This document shows positions 25,770-41,300 of a stretch of DNA of 64,000 nt, in pieces; within the stretch, counting starts at the first letter, position 1, and every line of letters starts with the position of its first letter. The translations under genes and the position numbers were made by a program. Where the stretch lies: the NCBI GenBank assembly GCA_964016885.1, contig OZ024744.1:22320001-22384000 (forward strand). Reading direction: 5' to 3'. Origin of the DNA: Eledone cirrhosa. Its lineage: Eukaryota. The notes beneath the pieces were generated by a model. The model did no database searches, was not told the origin of the DNA, and saw nothing but the letters and a program-made list of their open reading frames with translations.

Positions 25770-28700
25770 TAGGTTGACATATATAACATAGAGTGAGATG
25801 TTGTCGTGGTGGTCAGTTAGGTTGACATAGATAACATAGGTGGGATGTTGTCGTGGTGGTCAGTTAGTTTGACATAGAGAACATAGGTGAGATGTTGTCG
25901 TGGTGGTCAGTTAGGTTGACATAGATAACATAGGTGGGATGTTGTCATGGTCAGTTAGGTTGCCATAGATAACATAGAGTGAGATGATGTCGTGATGGTC
26001 AGTTAGTTTGACATTGATAACATATAGTGAGATGTTGTCGTGGTGGTCAGTTAGGTTGACATAGATAACATAGGTGAGATGTTGTCGTGGTGGTCAGTTA
26101 GGTTGACATAGATAACATAGGTGGGATGTTGTCGTGGTGGTCAGTTAGGTTGACATAGATAATATAGGTTGGATATTGTCGTGGTAGTCAGTTATGTTGA
26201 CATAGATAACATAGAGTGAGATGTTGTCGTGGTGGTCAGTTAGGTTGACATAGATAACATAGAGTGAGATGTTGTCGTGGTGGTCAGTTAGGTTGACATA
26301 GATAACATAGGTGGAATGTTGTCGTGGTGGTCAGTTAGTTTGACATAGAGAACATAGGTGAGATGTTGTCGTGGTGGTCAGTTAGGTTGACATAGATAAC
26401 ATAGAGTGAGATGTTGTCGTGGTGGTCAGTTAGGTTGACATAGATAACATAGAGTGAGATGTTGTCGTGGTGGTCAGTTAGGTTGACATCGATAACATAG
26501 GTGGGATGTTGTCGTGGTGGTCAGTTAGGTTGACATAGATAACATAGAGTGAGATGTTGTCGTGGTGGTCTTTTAGGTTGACATTGATAACATAGGTGGA
26601 ATGTTGTCGTGGTGGTCAGTTAGGTTGATATAGATAACATAGAGTGAGATGTTGTCGTGGTGGTCAGTTACGTTGACATAGATAACATAGGTGGGATGTT
26701 GTCGTGGTGGTCAGTTAGGTTGACATAGATAACAGGTTGGATATTGTCGTGGTAGTCAGTTAGGTTGACATAGATAACATAGAGTGAGATGTTGTCGTGG
26801 TGGTCAGTTAGCTTGACATAGATAGCATAGAGTGAGATGTTGTCGTGGTGGTCAGTTAGGTTGACATAGATAACATAGAGTGAGATGTTGTCGTGGTGGT
26901 CAGTTAGGTTGACATAGATAACATGGAGTGAGATGTTGTCGTGGTGGTCAGTTAGGTTGACATAGATAACATAGGGTGAGATGTTGTCGTGGTGGTCAGT
27001 TAGGTTGACATAGATAACATAGGGTGAGATGTCGTCGTGGTGGTCAGTTAGGTTGACATAGATAACATAGGTGGGATGTTGTCCTGGTGGTCAGTTAGGT
27101 TGATATACATAACATAGAGTGAGATGTTGTCGTGGTGGTCAGTTAGGTTGATATACATAACATAGAGTGAGATGTTGTCGTGGTGGTCAGTTAGGTTGAC
27201 ATAGATAACATAGGTGGGATCTTGTCGTGGTCAGTTAGATTGACATAGATAACATAGGTGGTATGTTGTCGTGGTCAGTTAGGTTGACATAGTTAACATT
27301 GAGTGAGATGTTGTCGTCGTGGTCAGTTAGGTTGACATAGATAACATAGGTGGGATGTTGTCGTGGTGGTCAGTTAGTTTGACATAGAGAACATAGGTGA
27401 GATGTTGTCGTGGTGGTCAGTTAGGTTGACATAGATAACATAGAGTGAGATGTTGTCGTGGTGGTCAGTTAGGTTGACATAGATAACATAGAGTGAGATG
27501 TTGTCGTGGTGGTCAGTTAGGTTGACATAGATAACATAGAGTGAGATGTTGTCGTGGTGGTCTTTTAGGTTGACATTGATAACATAGGTGGGATGTTGTC
27601 GTGGTGGTCAGTTAGGTTGACATAGATAACATAGGTGGGATGTTGTCGTGGTGGTCAGTTACGTTGACATAGATAACATAGAGTGATATGTTGTCGTGGT
27701 GGTCAGTTAGGTTGACATAGATAACAGAGTGATATGTTGTCGTGGTGGTCAGTTAGGTTGACATAGATAATATTGGTGGGATGTTGTCGTGGTCAGTTAG
27801 GTTGACAGATAATATTGGTGGGATGTTGTCGTGGTCAGTTAGGTTGACATAGATAACATAGAGTGAGATGTTGTCGTGGTGGACAGTTCGGTTGACATAG
27901 ATAACATAGAGTGAGATGTTGTCGTGGTGGTCAGTTAGGTTGACATAGATAACATAGAGTGAGATGTTGTCGTGGTGGTCCGTTAGGTTGACATAGATAA
28001 CATAGAGTGAGATGTTGTCGTGGTCAGTTAGGTTGACATAGATAACATAGGTGGGATGTTGTCGTGGTCAGTTAGGTTGACATAGATAACATAGGTGGGA
28101 TGTTGTCGTGGTGGTCAGTTAGGTTGACATAGATTACATAGGTGGGATGTTGTCATGTTCAGTTAGGTTGCCATAGATAACATAGAGTGAGATGATGTCG
28201 TGGTGGTCAGTTAGTTTGACATTGATAACATAGAGTGAGATGTTGTCGTGGTGGTCAGTTAGGTTGACATAGATAACATAGAGTGGGATGTTTTCGTGGT
28301 CGGTTAGGTTGACATATATAACATAGAGTGAGATGTTGTCGTGGTGGTCAGTTAGGTTGACATAGATAACATAGGTGGGATGTTGTCGTGGTGGTCAGTT
28401 AGTTTGACATAGAGAACATAGGTGAGATGTTGTCGTGGTGGTCAGTTAGGTTGACATAGATAACATAGGTGGGATGTTGTCATGGTCAGTTAGGTTGCCA
28501 TAGATAACATAGAGTGAGATGATGTCGTGATGGTCAGTTAGTTTGACATTGATAACATAGAGTGAGATGTTGTCGTGGTGGTCAGTTAGGTTGACATAGA
28601 TAACATAGGTGAGATGTTGTCGTGGTGGTCAGTTAGGTTGACATAGATAACATAGGTGGGATGTTGTCGTGGTGGTCAGTTAGGTTGACATAGATAATAT

Positions 28701-30845
28701 AGGTTGGATATTGTCGTGGTAGTCAGTTATGTTGACATAGATAACATAGAGTGAGATGTTGTCGTGGTGGTCAGTTAGGTTGACATAGATAACATAGAGT
28801 GAGATGTTGTCGTGGTGGTCAGTTAGGTTGACATAGATAACATAGGTGGAATGTTGTCGTGGTGGTCAGTTAGTTTGACATAGAGAACATAGGTGAGATG
28901 TTGTCGTGGTGGTCAGTTAGGTTGACATAGATAACATAGAGTGAGATGTTGTCGTGGTGGTCAGTTAGGTTGACATAGATAACATAGAGTGAGATGTTGT
29001 CGTGGTGGTCAGTTAGGTTGACATCGATAACATAGGTGGGATGTTGTCGTGGTGGTCAGTTAGGTTGACATAGATAACATAGAGTGAGATGTTGTCGTGG
29101 TGGTCTTTTAGGTTGACATTGATAACATAGGTGGAATGTTGTCGTGGTGGTCAGTTAGGTTGATATAGATAACATAGAGTGAGATGTTGTCGTGGTGGTC
29201 AGTTACGTTGACATAGATAACATAGGTGGGATGTTGTCGTGGTGGTCAGTTAGGTTGACATAGATAACAGGTTGGATATTGTCGTGGTAGTCAGTTAGGT
29301 TGACATAGATAACATAGAGTGAGATGTTGTCGTGGTGGTCAGTTAGCTTGACATAGATAGCATAGAGTGAGATGTTGTCGTGGTGGTCAGTTAGGTTGAC
29401 ATAGATAACATAGAGTGAGATGTTGTCGTGGTGGTCAGTTAGGTTGACATAGATAACATGGAGTGAGATGTTGTCGTGGTGGTCAGTTAGGTTGACATAG
29501 ATAACATAGGGTGAGATGTTGTCGTGGTGGTCAGTTAGGTTGACATAGATAACATAGGGTGAGATGTCGTCGTGGTGGTCAGTTAGGTTGACATAGATAA
29601 CATAGGTGGGATGTTGTCCTGGTGGTCAGTTAGGTTGATATACATAACATAGAGTGAGATGTTGTCGTGGTGGTCAGTTAGGTTGATATACATAACATAG
29701 AGTGAGATGTTGTCGTGGTGGTCAGTTAGGTTGACATAGATAACATAGGTGGGATCTTGTCGTGGTCAGTTAGATTGACATAGATAACATAGGTGGTATG
29801 TTGTCGTGGTCAGTTAGGTTGACATAGATAACATTGAGTGAGATGTTGTCGTCGTGGTCAGTTAGGTTGACATAGATAACATAGGTGGGATGTTGTCGTG
29901 GTGGTCAGTTAGTTTGACATAGAGAACATAGGTGAGATGTTGTCGTGGTGGTCAGTTAGGTTGACATAGATAACATAGAGTGAGATGTTGTCGTGGTGGT
30001 CAGTTAGGTTGACATAGATAACATAGAGTGAGATGTTGTCGTGGTGGTCAGTTAGGTTGACATAGATAACATAGAGTGAGATGTTGTCGTGGTGGTCTTT
30101 TAGGTTGACATTGATAACATAGGTGGGATGTTGTCGTGGTGGTCAGTTAGGTTGACATAGATAACATAGGTGGGATGTTGTCGTGGTGGTCAGTTACGTT
30201 GACATAGATAACATAGAGTGATATGTTGTCGTGGTGGTCAGTTAGGTTGACATAGATAACAGAGTGATATGTTGTCGTGGTGGTCAGTTAGGTTGACATA
30301 GATAATATTGGTGGGATGTTGTCGTGGTCAGTTAGGTTGACAGATAATATTGGTGGGATGTTGTCGTGGTCAGTTAGGTTGACATAGATAACATAGAGTG
30401 AGATGTTGTCGTGGTGGACAGTTCGGTTGACATAGATAACATAGAGTGAGATGTTGTCGTGGTGGTCAGTTAGGTTGACATAGATAACATAGAGTGAGAT
30501 GTTGTCGTGGTGGTCAGTTAGGTTGACATAGATAACATAGAGTGAGATGTTGTCGTGGTCAGTTAGGTTGACATAGATAACATAGGTGGGATGTTGTCGT
30601 GGTCAGTTAGGTTGACATAGATAACATAGGTGGGATGTTGTCGTGGTGGTCAGTTAGGTTGACATAGATTACATAGGTGGGATGTTGTCATGTTCAGTTA
30701 GGTTGCCATAGATAACATAGAGTGAGATGATGTCGTGGTGGTCAGTTAGTTTGACATTGATAACATAGAGTGAGATGTTGTCGTGGTGGTCAGTTAGGTT
30801 GACATAGATAACATAGAGTGGGATGTTTTCGTGGTCGGTTAGGTT
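25770..30845 (+). repeat. Higher-order tandem duplication, period 2535 bp
   Basis: Private variant gatagcat at 26821 and 29356, with the same order of flanking variants in both copies. Confidence 0.8.
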
Positions 30846-31249
30846 GACATACATAACATAGAGTGAGATGTTGTCGTGGTGGTCAGTTAGGTTGACATAG
30901 ATAACATAGGTGAGATGTTGTCGTGGTGGTCAGTTAGGTTGATATAGATAACATATAGTGAGATGTTGTCGTGGTGGTCAGTTAGGTTGACATAGATAAC
31001 ATAGGTGGGCTGTTGTCGAGTTGGTCAGTTAGGTTGACATAGATAACATAGGTGGGATGTTGTCGTGGTGGTCAGTTAGGTTGACATAGATAACATAGAG
31101 TGAGATGTTGTCGTGGTGGTCAGTTAGGTTGACATAGATAACATAGAGTGAGATGTTGTCGTGGTTGTCAGTTAGGTTGACATAGATAACATAGAGTGAG
31201 ATGTTGTCGTGGTGGTCAGTTAGGTTGACATAGATAACATAGGTGGGAT

Positions 31250-33700
31250 GTTGTCGTGGTGGTCAGTTAGGTTGACATAGATAACATAGGTGGGATGTTG
31301 TCGTGGTCAGTTTAGTTGACATATATAACATAGGTGGGATGTTGTCGTGGTCAGTTAGGTTGACATAGATAACATAGAGTGAGATGTTGTCGTGGTGGTC
31401 AGTTAGGTTTACATAGATAACATAGGTGGGATGTTGTCGTGGTCAGTTAGGTTGACATAGATAACATAGAGTGAGATGTTGTCGTCGTGGTCAGTTAGGC
31501 TGACATAGAGAGAATAGAGTGAGATGTTGTCGTGGTCAGTTAGGTTGACATAGATAACATAGAGTGAGATGTTGTCGTGGTGGTCAGTTAGGTTGACATA
31601 GATAACATAGGTGGGATGTTGTCGTGGTGGTCAGTTACGTTGACATAGATAACATAGGTGAGATGTTGTCGTGGTGGTCAGTTAGGTTGACATAGATAAC
31701 ATAGAGTGAGATGTTGTCGTGGTGGTCAGTTAGGTTGACATTGATAACATAGGTGGGATGTTGTCGTGGTGGTCAGTTAGGTTGACATAGATAACATAGG
31801 TGGGATGTTTTCGTGGTCGGTTAGGTTGACATACATAACATAGAGTGAGATGTTGTCGTGGTGGTCAGTTAGGTTGACATAGAGAGAATAGAGTGAGATG
31901 TTGTCGTGGTCAGTTAGGTTGACATAGATAACATAGAGTGAGATGTTGTCGTGGTGGTCAGTTAGGTTGACATAGATAACATAGGTGGGATGTTGTCGTG
32001 GTGGTCAGTTAGGTTGACATAGATAACATAGGTGGGATGTTGTCGTGGTCAGTTTAGTTGACGTATATAACATAGGTGGGATGTTGTCGTGGTCAGTTAG
32101 GTTGACATAGATAACATAGAGTGAGATGTTGTCGTGGTGGTCAGTTAGGTTTACATAGATAACATAGGTGGGATGTTGTCGTGGTCAGTTAGGTTGACAT
32201 AGATAACATAGAGTGAGATGTTGTCGTCGTGGTCAGTTAGGCTGACATAGAGAGAATAGAGTGAGATGTTGTCGTGGTCAGTTAGGTTGACATAGATAAC
32301 ATAGAGTGAGATGTTGTCGTGGTGGTCAGTTTGGTTGACATAGATAACATAGGTGGGATGTTGTCGTGGTGGTCAGTTACGTTGACATAGATAACATAGG
32401 TGAGATGTTGTCGTGGTGGTCAGTTATGTTGACATAGATAACATAGAGTGAGATGTTGTCGTGGTGGTCAGTTAGGTTGACATAGATAACATAGGTGGGA
32501 TGTTGTCGTGGTGGTCAGTTAGGTTGACATAGATAACATAGGTGGGATGTTGTCGTGGTCAGTTTAGTTGACATATATAACATAGGTGGGATGTTGTCGT
32601 GGTCAGTTAGGTTGACATAGATAACATAGAGTGAGATGTTGTCGTGGTGGTCAGTTAGGTTTACATAGATAACATAGGTGGGATGTTGTCGTGGTCAGTT
32701 AGGTTGACATAGATAACATAGAGTGAGATGTTGTCGTCGTGGTCAGTTAGGCTGACATAGAGAGAATAGAGTGAGATGTTGTCGTGGTCAGTTAGGTTGA
32801 CATAGATAACATAGAGTGAGATGTTGTCGTGGTGGTCAGTTAGGTTGACATAGATAACATAGGTGGGATGTTGTCGTGGTGGTCAGTTACGTTGACATAG
32901 ATAACATAGGTGAGATGTTGTCGTGGTGGTCAGTTAGGTTGACATAGATAACATAGAGTGAGATGTTGTCGTGGTGGTCAGTTAGGTTGACATTGATAAC
33001 ATAGGTGGGATGTTGTCGTGGTGGTCAGTTAGGTTGACATAGATAACATAGGTGGGATGTTTTCGTGGTCGGTTAGGTTGACATACATAACATAGAGTGA
33101 GATGTTGTCGTGGTGGTCAGTTAGGTTGACATAGAGAGAATAGAGTGAGATGTTGTCGTGGTCAGTTAGGTTGACATAGATAACATAGAGTGAGATGTTG
33201 TCGTGGTGGTCAGTTAGGTTGACATAGATAACATAGGTGGGATGTTGTCGTGGTGGTCAGTTAGGTTGACATAGATAACATAGGTGGGATGTTGTCGTGG
33301 TCAGTTTAGTTGACGTATATAACATAGGTGGGATGTTGTCGTGGTCAGTTAGGTTGACATAGATAACATAGAGTGAGATGTTGTCGTGGTGGTCAGTTAG
33401 GTTTACATAGATAACATAGGTGGGATGTTGTCGTGGTCAGTTAGGTTGACATAGATAACATAGAGTGAGATGTTGTCGTCGTGGTCAGTTAGGCTGACAT
33501 AGAGAGAATAGAGTGAGATGTTGTCGTGGTCAGTTAGGTTGACATAGATAACATAGAGTGAGATGTTGTCGTGGTGGTCAGTTTGGTTGACATAGATAAC
33601 ATAGGTGGGATGTTGTCGTGGTGGTCAGTTACGTTGACATAGATAACATAGGTGAGATGTTGTCGTGGTGGTCAGTTAGGTTGACATAGATAACATAGAG
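31250..33700 (+). repeat. Higher-order tandem duplication, period 1252 bp
   Basis: ttgataacataggtggg at 31741/32993 and acgtatat at 32061/33313. Confidence 0.78.
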
Positions 33701-36700
33701 TGAGATGTTGTCGTGGTGGTCAGTTAGGTTGACATAGATAACATAGAGTGAGATGTTGTCGTGGTGGTCAGATAGGTTGACATAGATAACATAGAGTGAG
33801 ATGTTGTCGTGGTGGTCAGTTAGTTTGACATTGATAACATAGAGTGAGATGTTGTCGTGGTGGTCAGTTAGGTTGACATAGATAACATAGAGTGGGATGT
33901 TTTCGTGGTCGGTTAGGTTGACATACATAACATAGAGTGAGATGTTGTCGTGGTGGTCAGTTAGGTTGACATAGATAACATAGGTGAGATGTTGTCGTGG
34001 TGGTCAGTTAGGTTGATATAGATAACATAGAGTGAGATGTTGTCGTGGTGGTCAGTTAGGTTGACATAGATAACATAGGTGGGCTGTTGTCGAGTTGGTC
34101 AGTTAGGTTGACATAGATAACATAGGTGGGATGTTGTCGTGGTGGTCAGTTAGGTTGACATAGATAACATAGAGTGAGATGTTGTCGTGGTGGTCAGTTA
34201 GGTTGACATAGATAACATAGAGTAAGATGTTGTCGTGGTTGTCAGTTAGGTTGACATAGATAACATAGAGTGAGATGTTGTCGTGGTGGTCAGTTAGGTT
34301 GACATAGATAACATAGGTGGGATGTTGTCGTGGTGGTCAGTTAGGTTGACATAGATAACATAGGTGGGATGTTGTCGTGGTCAGTTTAGTTGACATATAT
34401 AACATAGGTGGGATGTTGTCGTGGTCAGTTAGGTTGACATAGATAACATAGAGTGAGATGTTGTCGTGGTGGTCAGTTAGGTTTACATAGATAACATAGG
34501 TGGGATGTTGTCGTGGTCAGTTAGGTTGACATAGATAACATAGAGTGAGATGTTGTCGTCGTGGTCAGTTAGCCTGACATAGAGAGAATAGAGTGAGATG
34601 TTGTCGTGGTCAGTTAGGTTGACATAGATAACATAGAGTGAGATGTTGACGTGGTGGTCAGTTTGGTTGACATAGATAACATAGGTGGGATGTTGTCGTG
34701 GTGGTCAGTTACGTTGACATAGATAACATAGGTGAGATGTTGTCGTGGTGGTCAGTTAGGTTGACATAGATAACATAGAGTGAGATGTTGTCGTTGTGGT
34801 CAGTTAGGTTGACATAGATAACATAGAGTAAGATGTTGTCGTGGTGGTCAGATAGCTGGACATAGATAACATAGGTGGGATGTTGTCGTGGTGGTCAGTT
34901 AGGTTGACATAGATAACATTGGTGAGATGTTGTCGTGGTGGTCAGTTAGGTTGACATAGATAAAATTGGTGAGATGTTGTCGTGGTGGTCAGTTAGGTTG
35001 ACACAGGTAACATAGGTGGGATGTTGTCGTGGTGGTCAGTTAGGTTGACATAGATAACATAGAGTGAGATGTTGTCGTGGTGGTCAGGTAGGTTGACATA
35101 GATAACATAGGTGGGATGTTGTTGTGGTGGTCAGTTAGGTTGACATAGATAACATTGGTGTGTTGTTGTAGTGGTGGTCAGTTAGGTTGACATAGATAAC
35201 ATTTGTGAGATGTTGTCATGGTGGTCAGTTAGGTTGACACAGATAACATAGTTGGGATGTTGTCGTGGTGGTCAGTTAGGTTGACAGAGATAACATAGAG
35301 TGAGATGTTGTCGTGGTGGTCAGTTAGGTTGACATAGATAACATAGGTTGGATGTTGTCGTGGTGGTCAGTTAGGTTGACATAGATAACATAGAGTGAGA
35401 TGTTGTCGTGGTCAGTTAGTTTGACATAGATAACATAGGTGGGATGTTGTCGTGGTCAGTTAGGTTGACATAGATAACATAGGTGGGATGTTGTCGTGGT
35501 GGTCAGTTAGGTTGACATAGATTACATAGGTGGGATGTTGACATGGTCAGTTAGGTTGACGTAGATAACATAGAGTGAGATGTTGTCGTGGTGGTCAGTT
35601 AGGTTGGCATAGATACCATAGAGTGAGATGTTGTCGTGGTGGTCAGTTAGGTTGACATAGATAACATAGGTGGGATGTTGTCATGGTCAGTTAGGTTGCC
35701 ATAGATAACATAGAGTGAGATGATGTCGTGATGGTCAGTTAGTTTGACATTGATAACATAGAGTGAGATGTTGTCGTGGTCAGTTAGGTTGACATAGATA
35801 ACATAGAGTGAGATGTTGTCGTGGTGGTCAGTTAGGTTGACATAGATAACATAGGTGGGATGTTGTCGTGGTGGTCAGTTAGGTTGACATAGATAACATA
35901 GGTGGGATGTTGTCGTGGTCAGTTTAGTTGACGTATATAACATAGGTGGGATGTTGTCGTGGTCAGTTAGGTTGACATAGATAACATAGAGTGAGATGTT
36001 GTCGTGGTGGTCAGTTAGGTTTACATAGATAACATAGGTGGGATGTTGTCGTGGTCAGTTAGGTTGACATAGATAACATAGAGTGAGATGTTGTCGTCGT
36101 GGTCAGTTAGGCTGACATAGAGAGAATAGAGTGAGATGTTGTCGTGGTCAGTTAGGTTGACATAGATAACATAGAGTGAGATGTTGTCGTGGTGGTCAGT
36201 TTGGTTGACATAGATAACATAGGTGGGATGTTGTCGTGGTGGTCAGTTACGTTGACATAGATAACATAGGTGAGATGTTGTCGTGGTGGTCAGTTAGGTT
36301 GACATAGATAACATAGAGTGAGATGTTGTCGTGGTGGTCAGTTAGGTTGACATAGATAACATAGAGTGAGATGTTGTCGTGGTGGTCAGATAGGTTGACA
36401 TAGATAACATAGAGTGAGATGTTGTCGTGGTGGTCAGTTAGTTTGACATTGATAACATAGAGTGAGATGTTGTCGTGGTGGTCAGTTAGGTTGACATAGA
36501 TAACATAGAGTGGGATGTTTTCGTGGTCGGTTAGGTTGACATACATAACATAGAGTGAGATGTTGTCGTGGTGGTCAGTTAGGTTGACATAGATAACATA
36601 GGTGAGATGTTGTCGTGGTGGTCAGTTAGGTTGATATAGATAACATAGAGTGAGATGTTGTCGTGGTGGTCAGTTAGGTTGACATAGATAACATAGGTGG

Positions 36701-38390
36701 GCTGTTGTCGAGTTGGTCAGTTAGGTTGACATAGATAACATAGGTGGGATGTTGTCGTGGTGGTCAGTTAGGTTGACATAGATAACATAGAGTGAGATGT
36801 TGTCGTGGTGGTCAGTTAGGTTGACATAGATAACATAGAGTAAGATGTTGTCGTGGTTGTCAGTTAGGTTGACATAGATAACATAGAGTGAGATGTTGTC
36901 GTGGTGGTCAGTTAGGTTGACATAGATAACATAGGTGGGATGTTGTCGTGGTGGTCAGTTAGGTTGACATAGATAACATAGGTGGGATGTTGTCGTGGTC
37001 AGTTTAGTTGACATATATAACATAGGTGGGATGTTGTCGTGGTCAGTTAGGTTGACATAGATAACATAGAGTGAGATGTTGTCGTGGTGGTCAGTTAGGT
37101 TTACATAGATAACATAGGTGGGATGTTGTCGTGGTCAGTTAGGTTGACATAGATAACATAGAGTGAGATGTTGTCGTCGTGGTCAGTTAGCCTGACATAG
37201 AGAGAATAGAGTGAGATGTTGTCGTGGTCAGTTAGGTTGACATAGATAACATAGAGTGAGATGTTGACGTGGTGGTCAGTTTGGTTGACATAGATAACAT
37301 AGGTGGGATGTTGTCGTGGTGGTCAGTTACGTTGACATAGATAACATAGGTGAGATGTTGTCGTGGTGGTCAGTTAGGTTGACATAGATAACATAGAGTG
37401 AGATGTTGTCGTTGTGGTCAGTTAGGTTGACATAGATAACATAGAGTAAGATGTTGTCGTGGTGGTCAGATAGCTGGACATAGATAACATAGGTGGGATG
37501 TTGTCGTGGTGGTCAGTTAGGTTGACATAGATAACATTGGTGAGATGTTGTCGTGGTGGTCAGTTAGGTTGACATAGATAAAATTGGTGAGATGTTGTCG
37601 TGGTGGTCAGTTAGGTTGACACAGGTAACATAGGTGGGATGTTGTCGTGGTGGTCAGTTAGGTTGACATAGATAACATAGAGTGAGATGTTGTCGTGGTG
37701 GTCAGGTAGGTTGACATAGATAACATAGGTGGGATGTTGTTGTGGTGGTCAGTTAGGTTGACATAGATAACATTGGTGTGTTGTTGTAGTGGTGGTCAGT
37801 TAGGTTGACATAGATAACATTTGTGAGATGTTGTCATGGTGGTCAGTTAGGTTGACACAGATAACATAGTTGGGATGTTGTCGTGGTGGTCAGTTAGGTT
37901 GACAGAGATAACATAGAGTGAGATGTTGTCGTGGTGGTCAGTTAGGTTGACATAGATAACATAGGTTGGATGTTGTCGTGGTGGTCAGTTAGGTTGACAT
38001 AGATAACATAGAGTGAGATGTTGTCGTGGTCAGTTAGTTTGACATAGATAACATAGGTGGGATGTTGTCGTGGTCAGTTAGGTTGACATAGATAACATAG
38101 GTGGGATGTTGTCGTGGTGGTCAGTTATGTTGACATAGATTACATAGGTGGGATGTTGACATGGTCAGTTAGGTTGACGTAGATAACATAGAGTGAGATG
38201 TTGTCGTGGTGGTCAGTTAGGTTGGCATAGATACCATAGAGTGAGATGTTGTCGTGGTGGTCAGTTAGGTTGACATAGATAACATAGGTGGGATGTTGTC
38301 ATGGTCAGTTAGGTTGCCATAGATAACATAGAGTGAGATGATGTCGTGATGGTCAGTTAGTTTGACATTGATAACATAGAGTGAGATGTT
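33150..38390 (+). repeat. Higher-order tandem duplication, period 2618 bp
   Basis: Identical 99-aa ORFs at 33629/36247. Private variant acacaggtaa at 35001/37619. Confidence 0.88.
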
Positions 38391-41300
38391 GTCGTGGTGG
38401 TCAGTTAGGTTGACATAGATAACATAGGTGAGATGTTGTCGTGGTGGTCAGTTAGGTTGACATAGATAACATAGGTGGGATGTTGTCGTGGTGGTCAGTT
38501 AGGTTGACATAGATAATATAGGTTGGATATTGTCGTGGTAGTCAGTTATGTTGACATAGATAACATAGAGTGAGATGTTGTCGTGGTGGTCAGTTAGCTT
38601 GACATAGATAACATAGAGTGACATGTTGTCGTGGTGGTCAGTTAGGTTGACATAGATAACATAGAGTGAGATGTTGTCGTGGTGGTCAGTTAGGTTGACA
38701 TAGATAACATGGAGTGAGATGTTGTCGTGGTGGTCAGTTAGGTTGACATAGATAACATAGGGTGAGATGTTGTCGTGGTGGTCAGTTAGGTTGACATAGA
38801 TAACATAGGGTGAGATGTTGTCGTGGTGGTCAGTTAGGTTGAAATAGATAACATAGGTGGGATGTTGTCATGGTCAGTTAGGTTGACATAGATAACATAT
38901 GTGGGATGTTGTCCTGGTGGTCAGTTAGGTTGACATACATAACATAGAGTGAGATGTTGTCGTGGTGGTCAGTTAGGTTGACATAGATAACATATTTGAG
39001 ATGTTGTCGCGGTCGGTTAGGTTGACATAGATAACATAGAGTGAGATGTTGTCGTGGTGGTCAGTTAGGTTGACATAGATAACATAGGTGGGATGTTGTC
39101 GTGGTCAGTTAGATTGACATAGATAACATAGGTGGGATGTTGTCGTGGTCAGTTAGGTTGATATAGATAACATTGAGTGAGATGTTGTCGTCGTGGTCAG
39201 TTAGGTTGACATAGATAATATAGAGTGAGATGTTGTCGTGGTCAGTTAGGTTGACATATATAACATAGAGTGAGATGTTGTCGTGGTGGTCAGTTAGGTT
39301 GACATAGATAACATAGGTGGGATGTTGTCGTGGTGGTCAGTTAGTTTGACATAGAGAACATAGGTGAGATGTTGTCGTGGTGGTCAGTTAGGTTGACATA
39401 GATAACATAGAGTGAGATGTTGTCGTGGTGGTCAGTTAGGTTGACATAGATAACATAGAGTGAGATGTTGTCGTGGTGGTCAGTTAGGTTGACATAGATA
39501 ACATAGGTGGGATGTTGTCATGGTCAGTTAGGTTGCCATATATAACATAGAGTGAGATGATGTCGTGATGGTCAGTTAGTTTGACATTGATAACATAGAG
39601 TGAGATGTTGTCGTGGTGGTCAGTTAGGTTGACATAGATAACATAGGTGAGATGTTGTCGTGGTGGTCAGTTAGGTTGACATAGATAACATAGGTGGGAT
39701 GTTGTCGTGGTGGTCAGTTAGGTTGACATAGATAATATAGGTTGGATATTGTCGTGGTAGTCAGTTATGTTGACATAGATAACATAGAGTGAGATGTTGT
39801 CGTGGTGGTCAGTTAGGTTGACATAGATAACATAGAGTGAGATGTTGTCGTGGTGGTCAGTTAGGTTGACATAGATAACATAGGTGGAATGTTGTCGTGG
39901 TGGTCAGTTAGTTTGACATAGAGAACATAGGTGAGATGTTGTCGTGGTGGTCAGTTAGGTTGACATAGATAACATAGAGTGAGATGTTGTCGTGGTGGTC
40001 AGTTAGGTTGACATAGATAACATAGAGTGAGATGTTGTCGTGGTGGTCAGTTAGGTTGACATCGATAACATAGGTGGGATGTTGTCGTGGTGGTCAGTTA
40101 GGTTGACATAGATAACATAGAGTGAGATGTTGTCGTGGTGGTCTTTTAGGTTGACATTGATAACATAGGTGGAATGTTGTCGTGGTGGTCAGTTAGGTTG
40201 ATATAGATAACATAGAGTGAGATGTTGTCGTGGTGGTCAGTTACGTTGACATAGATAACATAGGTGGGATGTTGTCGTGGTGGTCAGTTAGGTTGACATA
40301 GATAACAGGTTGGATATTGTCGTGGTAGTCAGTTAGGTTGACATAGATAACATAGAGTGAGATGTTGTCGTGGTGGTCAGTTAGCTTGACATAGATAACA
40401 TAGAGTGAGATGTTGTCGTGGTGGTCAGTTAGGTTGACATAGATAACATAGAGTGAGATGTTGTCGTGGTGGTCAGTTAGGTTGACATAGATAACATGGA
40501 GTGAGATGTTGTCGTGGTGGTCAGTTAGGTTGACATAGATAACATAGGGTGAGATGTTGTCGTGGTGGTCAGTTAGGTTGACATAGATAACATAGGGTGA
40601 GATGTCGTCGTGGTGGTCAGTTAGGTTGACATAGATAACATAGGTGGTATGTTGTCATGGTCAGTTATGTTGACATAGATAACATAGGTGGGATGTTGTC
40701 CTGGTGGTCAGTTAGGTTGATATACATAACATAGAGTGAGATGTTGTCGTGGTGGTCAGTTAGGTTGATATACATAACATAGAGTGAGATGTTGTCGTGG
40801 TGGTCAGTTAGGTTGACATAGATAACATAGGTGGGATCTTGTCGTGGTCAGTTAGATTGACATAGATAACATAGGTGGGATGTTGTCGTGGTCAGTTAGG
40901 TTGACATAGATAACATTGAGTGAGATGTTGTCGTCGTGGTCAGTTAGGTTGACATAGATAACATAGGTGGGATGTTGTCGTGGTGGTCAGTTAGTTTGAC
41001 ATAGAGAACATAGGTGAGATGTTGTCGTGGTGGTCAGTTAGGTTGACATAGATAACATAGAGTGAGATGTTGTCGTGGTGGTCAGTTAGGTTGACATAGA
41101 TAACATAGAGTGAGATGTTGTCGTGGTGGTCAGTTAGGTTGACATAGATAACATAGAGTGAGATGTTGTCGTGGTGGTCAGTTAGGTTGACATAGATAAC
41201 ATAGAGTGAGATGTTGTCGTTGTGGTCAGTTAGGTTGACATAGATAACATAGAGTAAGATGTTGTCGTGGTGGTCAGATAGCTGGACATAGATAACATAG

